The notes beneath the pieces are model-generated. The model had not been told where the DNA came from and searched no databases. It saw nothing but the letters and a program-made list of their open reading frames with translations. The position numbers and the translations under genes are program-made. DNA of 63,153 nucleotides, counting the filler, from Octopus bimaculoides (taxonomy: Eukaryota), in the NCBI RefSeq assembly GCF_001194135.2. It is 6 parts of 5 records of this genome, joined end to end, with 100 filler letters (N's around TTAATTAATTAA, not from the genome) between each part and the next. Parts side by side here need not be neighbours in the genome. Positions count along the whole stretch, not along the records: positions 28,869 to 39,665 come from NC_068983.1; positions 39,766 to 49,851 come from NC_069005.1; 4 more parts are not named here. The stretch is one strand, 5' to 3'. Below, piece after piece: positions 36,431-49,307 of this stretch (position 1 is the stretch's first letter; each line of letters starts with the position of its first letter).

Positions 36431-36879
36431 CATAGATATATAGACAGAGTAGTTGGTGGAGGTACATATGTACATTTTGTATAATGCTATTATCCTGCAA
36501 TAAATTCGCCGTTATTTTAAGTTAATATTTTCATTTTTTACATCCATTTTTTTCTTCTCGCTTTGCACGAATTTTCCCAAATTTTCATCGAATGTAGAAG
36601 AGTGTCTCCATCCCCGTCCCCCTGCTCTGGTTGGTAAATGTAAGGTTTATAGCATCTTGCTTATCTGTGTATTTTAGATTTTATGGCCTGTCCAGACTTC
36701 TAGATCAAATTTCTACTGAAACTATACATCTGTGTGTGTATGTGTGTGAGTGTAGAGAGAGAGAGAGAGAGGTGAGAAAGAAATGGATAGAAAGATAGAC
36801 AGACGGACAAACATCAGGAAGACAGACAGTCAGACAGACAGATAAATAGAAAGGCAGGCAGGCAGGCAGGTATGCTTAC

Positions 36880-37110
36880 ATATGAAGGTGCATTCCAGAA
36901 GTTTTGAGACTTTTTCAGAAGCGACATTCATTAATGATTTCAAAGTACAAAACTCTAATCTCCTTCAAAGTCAGATCCTCTAACTTCAATGCACTTGTAA
37001 TATTAAAACCATTCCTTCGAAGAGGTGAAGGTGCCCAGCACCCTTGTCACAGCTTCCTTCATCTTATCAATGTCTCCCAAACGACTGACCCAGAGGTCCT
37101 CCTTTACAGA
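36880..37110. mobile_element. Mariner-like terminal fragment
   Basis: TATGAAGGTGCATTCCAGAAGTTTT resembles a mariner TIR start, followed by an A/T-rich subterminal region. Confidence 0.35.
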
Positions 37111-39183
37111 GGGTAGGGTTTGCATTGTAGGGAGAATGAGGGACTTTAAAAATTATATCACGCCTTACAGCAATATTTTCAATTGCTTGTACATCTATAC
37201 TTTAAAAGAAAACTGAGTGAAAACATTTGAGTCATTAGTTGTGTACTAAACTCGATAGCAAATTTTAAATCAATTGTATGTTTGGTAGACATGACAGATC
37301 ATTGGATTGCAGTATTTAGTTGTTTTCTTACGTTCTGAGTTCAAATCCTACTGGAATAGACTACCATCCATCACTCTGAGGTCAAGAAAATAATGTAATA
37401 TTATAGTCAGCCATCACTGACCTTCCATACTTTTTTCACTCAAATATACATGAAGACATCTTACACACGTTCATCTTTATGCCAATTGTCAATTGCTATG
37501 GAATGTTGCTTCAAACGGTGATGTCATAATCGCTGGTCACATGACTTCATTATACAATCACAGTAACAAGCATCCCAGCAAACCACCAGACAGTTTGGTT
37601 GATTTTCATCCAATCAAAATGCTTGCCTTATAGAGTTATTAAAAATTTCTTGACCAGACCGTTGGTTCCTTAATCATTTTCAATACCATTTTCCCATGTT
37701 TGTCTGCTAACGGTCAGCCTCTGTACTGTAACGGTCAGCAATACAAACGTCTTCCTCAATTTCAACTCTTTCGATTCTAACACAGCAAACACATCCATTA
37801 TCAAATTTCTATGTTATACACACACACACCTTCAAGTATTTGCGTCCTAAATGCTACATTTGAAAAGTGATTATTTATTGCAGATCTACTACTGTGGTTT
37901 GTTGTGACCCCATCTATTTCCTTTTGCGTTGTGAAATAAAATGTTTCCGTCGAAGAAGATACCCAACTACCATCTCTCATACAACTCCTTCCCCGTCCCT
38001 CTTCACCAACTCTATAACAATAAAATAAAACCACTTCATTCAAATTTCTAATCAACTTTAAAATCTTCATCGCAAATGATTAACTGCAATAAAGAGTCAA
38101 TTTACGGCAATTGCTTACGGCATCGGTTTCCGTGTCAGTTTATTTTGGAGTTCAGATATTGGTATGGGCAGCTATACTTGTTATATTTCATGGTCGATAA
38201 AAGATATACCAGTTATATACTCGGTTGAAGTAAGTTTATTATAATGCCTTTTTTTCTTTTTTGCTGGAAGGGTTTTATGAATATCCCAGTTGTAATTATT
38301 GGGAGTTTAAGGGTTATAGTTTATTTTGCAGAAAGGTTAAAGCGATGACAAAATATCTTCAAATATTTGCTTACATCTTAAATTCAGAGTTCAAATCATA
38401 TCGAGTCTACCTTGGTATTTCTTCCCTCGGTGGGTGAGAGGATAGAAAAGAAAGGTATCAAGTACTCGAGGCAGTCAATCGAGTAGCTTCTCCTCTATTC
38501 TTCCATACAGACGGTTTTTTATGACAAGATAAATTATTGGTTTTAATATTGTAACATAACAATCATTTGCAGCCAGACATGCAATCCTCGAGTAATCGAT
38601 CCGTTGGCGTGCATTAAGACAAGGACAATTGCGAAATCGAGAACCTCTAATTTTCATGACTTGTTCATAAATTATTCTGCTAATTCGGTTTCAATTCCCA
38701 CCTGAAATCGCTTCACTCCCATCATTACATAATTATTGTTCACTGAATAAACAAACACGTCAATTTGCATTCACCAATTTCTTCTTCCTTCTCTCTTTCT
38801 CCTCCATTTTCTCTCTTTCCCTATCTCTTTCTCTCTTACATAACTCTTGTCTCATGCTAGCAAAACATCATTACTAGAGCCTTTGTTAATTCTAGATGTT
38901 ATGTCAAGGACATAACACCAACAGGCAGGCACACACACACATTCAGATGACTGTCTATATTATGCAGACAGAGATGTATGACGTATAGGGATGAATACAT
39001 ATATACAAACATACATTATGTATAGATGCATTTATATATGCCCGTACGTGATGTGCGTGTGCATACATATATATATATATACACACATACATACATACAT
39101 ACATACATATATGTATATATACACATATATATATATATATGAATTTATATATATGCATCTACATATGTCTATATATATATATT

Positions 39184-39241
<58 letters not shown>

Positions 39242-39499
39242 TACACATACACACGCACGCGCATATACATATGTCGATGGATAATCAGAATTGTAAGAAT
39301 GTCAAACCGAATGCCTCGCAATATCTATCCCGCCACTGTGTTCTAAGTTCTATTCCCGCCATCTGTGTGTGTGTGTGTGTGTGTGTGTGTACGTGCGTGA
39401 ACATGTGTGCGTGTGTGTGTGTGTGTCTGTGTCTGTACATTTAAGTACCTATATATTTGTAGTATTTATGCATATACATTTTTAGACAGACAGACAGAC

Positions 39500-39665
39500 A
39501 GATGCATTTCTTTTATTAGCCACACAGGGCTCAACGAAGATGGGACAAATACAATGTAGAGCTTTTCTTTTTGGGAGGGGGAAGGAAAAAAAAGAAAAGA
39601 GGGGGTGTCGATCAAAAGGGATCGTAGGAAGGAAAAGGGGGGAGTTCGATCAAAAGGGAACGAAA
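39500..39665 (-). mobile_element. Tx1-like LINE extreme 3' end
   Basis: Reverse complement CTCTACATTGTATTTGTCCCATCTTCG...CTAATAAAAG resembles the 3' end at 19370-19430. Confidence 0.45.
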
Positions 39666-40463
39666 NNNNNNNNNNNNNNNNNNNNNNNNNNNNNNNNNNN
39701 NNNNNNNNNTTAATTAATTAANNNNNNNNNNNNNNNNNNNNNNNNNNNNNNNNNNNNNNNNNNNNTATATATATATATATATGTATGTGTGCCTGTATGT
39801 ATAGGGGAGTGATTCTATCTACGTAAGTGTGTGTGCGTGTGTTTGTTTAGATATTTATGTTTGTATGGATAAACGTAGCTGCGTGTGTAAAGTAGGCGTG
39901 TGGATGTGTAAATAAATATAGATGTGTGTGTGTGTGTATTTGTATGCATGCACGCATGCATGAATGTGTGTGTGTGTGTGAGATAAGTCAAGGCTAAGCA
40001 GGCTTTATTGATCAGGGGACATCAGGCGTACGCTGGAGGTTATTAAGTGCATTTAATCTAGATGTCTTCTGTCATCGTCGTCATCGACTTCACCTCCTCC
40101 TTCTTTCTCGTTCTTCCCTTTTCTTTTACTTTCTTCTCCTTCATCATAATCAACTTCTTTCTTCTTTCTTATTCTTCTTCTGCTTCTTCTTCTTCTCCTC
40201 CTTCTCCTCCTCCTCCTCCTCCTTCTTCTTCTTCTTCCTCCTTCTTCTTTTCTTCATCTTTATTTTCCTTTTCTCCTTCCTCTTCTTGAAAGCCTAATCG
40301 ATGTAAAATTTTAAGTAATGGTATATGTAAAATGATGTGAGTGTGTGCACGTACGTACATATACATATATGCATCAGTGTATATACATATACATATATGC
40401 AATGTGTGTGTGTGTATGAGAGAGAGAGAGAGAGAGGGGGGGAGAGGGGGATAGAGAGAGAGA

Positions 40464-40520
<57 letters not shown>

Positions 40521-41119
40521 TCTGGTTTTACATGTTTCTGTATGTGGGACTGTCATTCTGGAGATAACATTTTTCCATGAGGAAAGCCTATAAGATGATA
40601 AATAGGGAATCACTACGTAGGGATTTCTGAAGATTTTAACATTCATACATACATACATACATACATACATTTATTCAAACGCACACACACATTAATAATA
40701 ATAATAATCCTTTCTACTAAAGGCACAAGGCCTGAAATTTTTTTTTNNNNNNNNNNNNNNNNNNNNNNNNNNNNNNNNNNNNNNNNNNNNNNNNNNNNNN
40801 NNNNNNNNNNNNNNNNNNNNNNNNNNNNNNNNNNNNNNNNNNNNNNNNNNNNNNNNNNNNNNNNNNNNNNNNNNNNNNNNNNNNNNNNNNNNNNNNNNNN
40901 NNNNNNNNNNNNNNNNNNNNNNNNNNNNNNNNNNNNNNNNNNNNNNNNNNNNNNNNNNNNNNNNNNNNNNNNNNNNNNNNNNNNNNNNNNNNNNNNNNNN
41001 NNNNNNNNNNNNNNNNNNNNNNNNNNNNNNNNNNNNNNNNNNNNNNNNNNNNNNNNNNNNNNNNNNNNNNNNNNNNNNNNNNNNNNNNNNNNNNNNAAAA
41101 AAAAAAAAAAAAAAAAAAA

Positions 41120-41312
41120 AGGAAAAACAATCCAGAATCCTTGTCCGGTACTGAATCGATCCCAAAATCTATTCAGTTCGTACCAGTCACGAGGCCAAAC
41201 ATCCCTGAAAGTTTCATCCGAATCCATCCAGTGGTTCTTGAGATATCTTGTCCACGGACAAACAAGCAAACACGATTGAAAACAATACCTCCGCCTTCGC
41301 TATGGCGGAGGT
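41120..41312 (+). mobile_element. Helentron/Helitron-like non-autonomous element end
   Basis: AAAGTTTCATCCGAATCC motif and terminal hairpin TACCTCCGCC-TTCGCTAT-GGCGGAGGTA. Confidence 0.55.
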
Positions 41313-41345
41313 AACAACAGCAACAACAACAACAGCAGCAACACC

Positions 41346-41376
<31 letters not shown>

Positions 41377-42419
41377 CCAACAACAACAACAACAACAACG
41401 ACGACGATGACGACGACAACGACGATGAAGATGATTTCATGCAGATATTAACCCGGTAGTTTACCTTATGTAACTTATCTACGGGTACAAAGCTATCGGA
41501 TAGACGGCAATCCGGAAATTGTTTGCTTTGTGAAATATGTCTTAAAATCCTTAAGTATCTCTGTTTTGACATTACAAACAAGAATAATACAGTGAGCAGT
41601 TATTTTTATTACATCAGTTTACTATTGTTTCATGAAATTGCGATTGCATGAATATTGCTCTATTATACATTAACATATGTAACAATTTGTTCATACGTTC
41701 TCGAACACTACTCATCAGAATTATGAATAGAATCATTTGCTGTAGATACTTGAATTAGCAGTAATTTGTACTCAAGTAGAGAGGGGCATGTTTACGTGAT
41801 TACATTTGCATATTACAAAGAAACCAAAACGAAACAAATCACTGGTCAATAAGAAGATTGTGAATTCGTATGAGTGTGTGTGAGTACAGACACACATATG
41901 TAAGCAAAAATGAACTAAGGGAAACAACTCGAAGTATCCAATGGTATGTATTTGGATAACATAGACGAATATCAGTATGTGAAATACCATACAATAGAAC
42001 TTCTTAATTTATCAAAATTATCCTCACCTCCTGAAGATAATTGCCGGATAGCTAGCGATTACATCCAGCTTCACTTGATAAGGGGAGATAATCGAGAAAT
42101 CTTCAAACCTCACACACCATTAAGGAAAACGACAGGCTAATTGCCTGCAGATAAGAGGGCGGTCATGGACACGTGATTCTGCCTAGTAGCTTTCATCAGC
42201 ACGATAATGGTCCGATCTTATCTCCAACAGTCAGGGACTTATACAAGTTATACAAGAATGAGTAGAAAACAGTTATGGCCTAGTACGTATACATATACGT
42301 ATATGCATATATAAATGCACACATATAGATAACATGTACATATATCCATACATATTTATATCTATACATGCATACATCTATATACATAAATGTGTAATGG
42401 TGTCTCTGTGTGTGTGTGT

Positions 42420-43260
42420 TTGGGGTTACTCTAACTCCTCCCACACTGTCCAACCGATTTTAATGATTTTTAGCAGATTGGTAGATCACATGCCCTGAAG
42501 TTCAAATAAGGCCCGAATTTTTCGAAAACTCGATAATGCTCAGTTGGCATCGATTTTTGTGAGCTCAATCGGGCGTTTGACTGGAAATTCCCGTAACGAT
42601 GTTATTTTTCCTGCAGCTTTTGCCTTTTTTGGCCGATTTTGATGAAAATCAATGAGTGAATGAGGCTCATGGCAGTGAGTTGATGTCAGTATATGACGTT
42701 GACAAAAAATTCGGTAATTGCGCCTGAGCAGTGGTTTTATAAATTCAATAGGCTTTTTGCGTGCAAATACACACAGGGATTTTATTTTTGTCCGTAACTT
42801 TTATATTTCTCATCCGATTTTAATGAAATTTGAGATGTAGGTAAATTTTGTGTTGGGAGAGACGGTAAATGTATTTATCTAATTCAAAAGGGCTTGAAAA
42901 GGGCAAAAATGCAAATAGGCATTTCCTTAGAGACATTCCTATCGATTTTGAAGAAATTTTACACGTGATTACAGTTCATGTCCATTAGTTGATGCCGGCA
43001 TGAAGAGTTGACAAAAAATCGGTAATTGCGCGTGAGCGGGGGTTTTCAAGAATTAGTAGGCTTTTTGTATGCTATTACCCATATGATTAATATTTTATGC
43101 TGTAACTTTTACAGAATTCATCCGATTTTGATGAAATTTAACATGTAGGTAAAGTTTATGACCGGAGTTATGTTGTAGAATTAAAATTAAACTGGTGAAA
43201 GGCAGAAATCGTCAAAATTCACTCACAATAAAATAATGAACTGATTTTGAAGAAAATTGA
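42420..43260. repeat. Element with an internal ~307-bp tandem duplication built from CCGATTTT(G/A)ATGAAATTT subunits (HINE/DINE-1-like)
   Basis: The motif recurs at about 42455, 42632, 42815, 42942, 43122 and 43242; 42700-42860 duplicates 43010-43165. Confidence 0.7.
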
Positions 43261-44109
43261 CCCACTTGGCCAAGGTGCCATGCCCTGGAGCTGAACTTGG
43301 AACCATGCGTTTCAATTGTGAAGCAAACTTCTTACCATACAGCCACGCCTACGCATGTATCTCTCTGTTTCTGTCTGTATCTGTCTCTCTCTCTCTCACA
43401 CTCGTTCTCTCTCCCCATACATACATGCATACATACATACATGCATACCTACATACATACATCCATTAGGCGTTGCCTCAAAGATTGAGTTCAATAGATG
43501 TATTTCCTGACACTTCACTTTAATAGGCATTTAATTGTCTTACAGTAACGCACACATACGCACCTATCTGTATGCGTATGTGCATGCATATTAGTGTATG
43601 TATACGTGTATTACGTGTGTATGTGTGTGTATGTGCGTGTGCGTGTGTGTGTATGTCTCTGTGTGTGTACATGTGTATGTCTTTATGTTCGTACACATCT
43701 GCATATATATTTCGGACGTGATTGATTCTCTCTAGGCTCAGATTTTTCCCATAACTTGTAATATAGTTTTTGCTGCTGCTGATACAGCAGTTGATGCTGT
43801 TATTATTGTCATAGATAGCAGTGTGCAAGTAGATTGACCGAATTAAATTGACTATGAGATGTGTCCCTGCGGTACACCTTCGTTCTGCGACAATGGTAAA
43901 TAACTGAGGAATTGTATTTCAAAGTAACCGAAAAACATAATGCAAAACAATAATGTCTACATATTTTCTCAGACTAACTCTTCTCATTTTCTTTACACTC
44001 GTTCTCTCTTTATCTGTCTTTCAATCTCCGTTACTCGGAAGAATCTTTTTATTCTGACTTTCAGTTTCTGCACCATGCTCTGCGACACTTTTTGTTTTCG
44101 TGTGGACAT

Positions 44110-44480
44110 GTTGTTGTTGGCACTCCGTCGCTTACGACGTCGAGGGTTCCAGTTGATCTAATCAACGGAACAGCCTGCTCGTGAAATTAACGTGCAAGTG
44201 GCTGAGCACTCCACAGACACGTGTATCCTTAACGTAGTTCTCGGGGATATTCAGCGTGACACAGTGTGACAAGGCTGACCCTTTGAATTACAGGTACAAC
44301 AGAAACAGGAAGTAAGAGTGAAAGAGTACAGCAGGGTTCGCCACCATCCCCTGCCGGAGCCTCGTGAAGCTTTAGGTGTTTTCGCTCAATAAACACTCAC
44401 AACGCCCGGTCTGGGAATCGAAACCGCGATCCTATGACTGCGAGTCCGCTACCCTAACCACTGGGCCATTGCGCCTCCAC
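44110..44480 (-). mobile_element. tRNA-derived SINE, family C, near full length
   Basis: Minus 5' end GTGGAGGCGCAATGGCCCAGTGGTTAGGG...GGTTTCGATTCCCAGACC (A and B boxes); 3' (CAA)n tail. Confidence 0.9.
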
Positions 44481-44929
44481 AATGTGNNNNNNNNNNNNNN
44501 NNNNNNNNNNNNNNNNNNNNNNNNNNNNNNNNNNNNNNNNNNNNNNNNNNNNNNNNNNNNNNNNNNNNNNNNNNNNNNNNNNNNNNNNNNNNNNNNNNNN
44601 NNNNNNNNNNNNNNNNNNNNNNNNNNNNNNNNNNNNNNNNNNNNNNNNNNNNNNNNNNNNNNNNNNNNNNNNNNNNNNNNNNNNNNNNNNNNNNNNNNNN
44701 NNNNNNNNNNNNNNNNNNNNNNNNNNNNNNNNNNNNNNNNNNNNNNNNNNNNNNNNNNNNNNNNNNNNNNNNNNNNNNNNNNNNNNNNNNNNNNGAGAGA
44801 AAATAATCTAAATTTACGAATACAATTTGACGGTGTTTACCGTACATCGCGGAAGTTTTATTTGTGAATGCAGTTTGCAAGAAGCCATGGTAAAATAAAA
44901 ACCTTTTTTAAGCTTAAAAGAATTTCGTC

Positions 44930-44979
<50 letters not shown>

Positions 44980-45079
44980 CATCATTATTATTATTATTTT
45001 ACAATAGTGAAAAAAAAAACTAAATTATTTTAAATTTACCTATACGTACATACAATTTGGTGGTTTACATCGCGAATAT

Positions 45080-45330
45080 ATGAAATGTATTGAACTAAGG
45101 AGTAGAGGAAACTCTCTTTCCCTGTTCCGATTTATCTGGAAACTCAAGAAGCAAGGACACAACAAGCCTACAATAACTAAAAATATTGTAAGCACAGTTA
45201 CTCAATATTCCAATGGACTATGTAACTGTGGATTTTACAATCTGAAAGTTTCAGCTATTAAAAAGTTCACGAAATCGCTCAAAAGAAAGTCAGATCTATT
45301 GTATAACTGTCGCCACAAGCGGACTTTCCT
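45080..45330 (+). mobile_element. Penelope-like GIY-YIG C-terminal relic (second family)
   Basis: FIWKLKKQG...YSNGLCNC...KRKSDLLYNCRHKRTFL resembles the PLE tail YIWxLK...YxNG...C...NKRSELxxKCRH. Confidence 0.55.
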
Positions 45331-45707
45331 GTATAATTTACTACCAATTGTACATCCTCAGACAAGAGTTAAAAAGTTACCATTGCAAACCACAAGAACC
45401 ACACTGCTTAGCATGAATACAAACCTCGGTGGCGTCGTCTCCCTTGCGTCTTAGTTCTATTTAGAGTCGGTAACTATTTCAGTGAATTGACCTGCTTTGA
45501 TCAGTAAGCGCTGGCTTCAATAACGATCAGGAAAGTAGCTTTATCAGCGACTTGCAGTTATAATTTCATTCACGGCAAATAACTGAATTATCACACACAT
45601 AACTTGCAAGAGTGAATCATCATCTGTTTACTTATAAATATAATCACTACACAATGTATTGAGTGCTATTTCGTTTGTTCACATAAACTTATATATATAT
45701 ATATATA

Positions 45708-46103
45708 TTCTCTTTTACTCTTTTAGTTGTTTCAGTCATTTGACTGCGGCCATGCTGGAGCACCACTTTTAGTCGAGCAAATCGACCCCGGGACTTATTC
45801 TTTGTAAGCCTAGTACTTATTCTATCGGTCTCTTTTGGCGAACCGCTAAGTTACGGGGACGTAAACACACCACCATCGGTTGTCAAGCGATGTTGGGGAG
45901 ACAAACACAGACACACAAACACACATATATATACATATACATATATATACGACGGGCTTCTTTCAGTTTCCGTTTACCAAATCCACTCACAAGGCTTTGG
46001 TCGGCCCGAGGCTATAGTAGAAGACACTTGCCCAAGGTGCCACGCAGTGGGACTGAACCCGGAACCATGTGGCTGGTAAGCAAGCTACTTACCGCACAGC
46101 CAC
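45708..46103 (-). mobile_element. tRNA-derived SINE, family B, near full length
   Basis: Minus 5' end GTGGCTGTGCGGTAAGTAGCTTGC...GGGTTCAGTCCC, then GGCACCTTGGGCAAGTG; 3' AAGAG repeats. Confidence 0.9.
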
Positions 46104-46894
46104 CCACTGCGTGCATATAAGCGTGTGCGCGCGCGTTGGTTTTTGAGCAAGTGTGAATGCACACAGACATTCATACCCTTTCTCAGTAATTAACCCCTTC
46201 CCTTCAAATATGCACATTCTTCCCATATGACTTTTGCTTCTCTTCCTTTCTTTGTGTCTACCCGTATATCACCTTCTCTCTGTCTGTCTGTCTCTCTCTC
46301 TCCCTCTCTCTCTCCCTCATATATATATTACTTGCACTTCTATCATTTCCCTTTCTCTTTCTCTCTTTACTCATTCACTCCACCGTACTATCATTTGCGG
46401 CGTTACGTGTATGACGTCATCTCTCCTCGTCTTCCCCCTTCCTTTGTAAGCCTCAGCACTCACCTCTTTCACCTCTCTCTTTCTCTTCCATCTCCCTCTT
46501 TCTCTCTTCCTCCCCATTCATCTGCCAACAGATGGCTCAGAGGAAATGTTTTGACGGACTCGTTGACAGCTGCTATGCCATTTGCCAGTACACGCCACTG
46601 AAGATGGCCGGGCTGGCAATGCATCAGGTTTCGGAGCAAACAGTTGCCGGTTCAAACTGCGAGGGGGCGATCGCTGTTAATTATCTTTTTTTTTTTTTTA
46701 TAGTAAATTTCTCGCACCCACTCCACTTTAAACCAAATAAAAATTCATTTAATTCAATGAGTCATCTTTGCTCTTTCCTGTTTTCTCTTCCTTTTCATCA
46801 GCAACCTTCTCAATCATCAGCATTTTCATAATCTTTGCTGTCATCATCTTCATCATCCTGATTTCATTGAGGAATTTATTTAGTATCAAAGAAG

Positions 46895-46900
46895 TAGAAA

Positions 46901-46960
<60 letters not shown>

Positions 46961-47149
46961 CGGCAAGTGACTTTCGTACTCTTCTACTGCTGCTGCTACA
47001 ACTACTATAACCACCACCACCATCACCACCACCACCACCACCACCAAAACCACCACCACCACCACCACCAGCGCACTGTAATGCCCAATTAGTAATGATA
47101 CCACTGCTGCTGCTACTACTCCCCCTACTACTGCAGCTGCTGCTGCTGT

Positions 47150-47192
<43 letters not shown>

Positions 47193-47195
47193 GTC
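46895..47195. repeat. Compound (TAG)n/(CAC)n/(CTG)n/(CTA)n trinucleotide repeats
   Basis: Direct inspection; explains the poly-V and poly-L ORFs. Confidence 0.95.
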
Positions 47196-47911
47196 TCCCC
47201 AACAGCATCTCCAAGAAAGAATCCTCGCCTCACCTATTTAATAGACGCGCTCTCCAAAAAACGCCAGTGCCCGAATACGAACTCGTAATGTCACCCTATA
47301 TCCATCACACGCCCACCCCCAAACTGGCACTGTAGTACAGCGGGTGGTGTAGGAGTGAGGGATCCGATCTAGTTATTGACTCAGGAATTCCCAGAAGCAT
47401 CCTGTTGACATAAAATGCATCAACACCAGCGCCACACTCCTTAATTCCACCCCAGGAAAACGAGGTTAATGAGAGAAACCGATAACGGTGCTGCAGTGTG
47501 ATCTCATGACTGCTGGAAAGAGCAGCTAAATATTCTTCGAATCAAGCAAACCACCTAGCACTGAGAAAGAAAAAAATGAAGGACGTTAGATGATGTAGTT
47601 GTACATACTTCGAAAAGGCGAGATTGTCATGTGTGGAAGGGTTTTGATCATAGGTTGTATCCTATGATCAACGTATCCGATGACCAATGTATCCTATGAT
47701 CAACGACATGTTAATCAAAATAATGGCCCAGCCTGTAAGAGTCTACGAGGTCTATGTGGTCGCTAGAAATAACAGTTTAATCGTTTCCAAATCTCATCAA
47801 TGCTTTCTTAAACATGGAAGGAGACATTAGATGATGTAGTCCAGAATAACCATTGAAAAGACAAAATTGCCGTAGAAGAAGAGTTTGTGATCATAATTCT
47901 GCTCTGTCAAG

Positions 47912-48176
47912 GTTGTTGGCACTCCGTCGCTTACGACGTCGAGGGTTCCAGTTGATCCGATCAACGGAACAGCCTGCTCGTGAAATTAACGTGCAAGTGG
48001 CTGAGCACTCCACAGACACGTGTACCCTTAACGTAATTCTCGGGGATATTCAGCGTGACACAGTGTGACAAGGCTGACCCTTTGAATTACAGGTACAACA
48101 GAAACAGGAAGTAAGAGAAAGTTGTGGTGAAAGAATACAGCAGGGTTCGCCACCATCCCCTGCCGGAGCCTCGTGG
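47912..48176 (-). mobile_element. SINE family C (5' part lost in gap)
   Basis: Near-identical to 44110-44370. Confidence 0.9.
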
Positions 48177-49266
48177 NNNNNNNNNNNNNNNNNNNNNNNN
48201 NNNNNNNNNNNNNNNNNNNNNNNNNNNNNNNNNNNNNNNNNNNNNNNNNNNNNNNNNNNNNNNNNNNNNNNNNNNNNNNNNNNNNNNNNNNNNNNNNNNN
48301 NNNNNNNNNNNNNNNNNNNNNNNNNNNNNNNNNNNNNNNNNNNNNNNNNNNNNNNNNNNNNNNNNNNNNNNNNNNNNNNNNNNNNNNNNNNNNNNNNNNN
48401 NNNNNNNNNNNNNNNNNNNNNNNNNNNNNNNNNNNNNNNNNNNNNNNNNNNNNNNNNNNNNNNNNNNNNNNNNNNNNNNNNNNNNNNNNNNNNNNNNNNN
48501 NNNNNNNNNNNNNNNNNNNNNNNNNNNNNNNNNNNNNNNNNNNNNNNNNNNNNNNNNNNNNNNNNNNNNNNNNNNNNNNNNNNNNNNNNNNNNNNNNNNN
48601 NNNNNNNNNNNNNNNNNNNNNNNNNNNNNNNNNNNNNNNNNNNNNNNNNNNNNNNNNNNNNNNNNNNNNNNNNNNNNNNNNNNNNNNNNNNNNNNNNNNN
48701 NNNNNNNNNNNNNNNNNNNNNNNNNNNNNNNNNNNNNNNNNNNNNNNNNNNNNNNNNNNNNNNNNNNNNNNNNNNNNNNNNNNNNNNNNNNNNNNNNNNN
48801 NNNNNNNNNNNNNNNNNNNNNNNNNNNNNNNNNNNNNNNNNNNNNNNNNNNNNNNNNNNNNNNNNNNNNNNNNNNNNNNNNNNNNNNNNNNNNNNNNNNN
48901 NNNNNNNNNNNNNNNNNNNNNNNNNNNNNNNNNNNNNNNNNNNNNNNNNNNNNNNNNNNNNNNNNNNNNNNNNNNNNNNNNNNNNNNNNNNNNNNNNNNN
49001 NNNNNNNNNNNNNNNNNNNNNNNNNNNNNNNNNNNNNNNNNNNNNNNNNNNNNNNNNNNNNNNNNNNNNNNNNNNNNNNNNNNNNNATATATAAAGTAGT
49101 TGCATGCTGTCAACTTAACGTGACAGTCCCAATAAGGGAATCAATCATATTACTGCTATTTAGTCCTAGGAAGGTGAACAGCTTCCTGTCGGCCTTGACA
49201 CATTTCCTGTGTCCTAATGTTTACGAGGGGGGGGGGACAAGCACCTCCACCGAGTCAAGCCTGCAC

Positions 49267-49307
49267 CCAGGGACATGTTTCTGAGTTTTTGCTCGTCATC
49301 AGCCTGG
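49267..49307 (-). ncRNA. Minimal type I hammerhead ribozyme, near intact
   Basis: 5'-CCAGG CUGAUGA CGAG CAAAAA CUCA GAAACAUGUC CCUGG-3': stem I CCAGG/CCUGG, intact CUGAUGA and GAAA, palindromic ACAUGU stem III, GUC triplet; single C-A mismatch at the base of stem II. Confidence 0.8.

Noticed and set aside
46587-46640. CTGAAGA as a hammerhead core or miRNA precursor
   Set aside because: No GAAA/stem III follows, and the hairpin is too short and bulged for a pre-miRNA.
46532-46831. 99-aa ORF starting right after an acceptor
   Set aside because: No homology recalled and it runs into low-complexity sequence; kept only as a possible regulatory or structured island.
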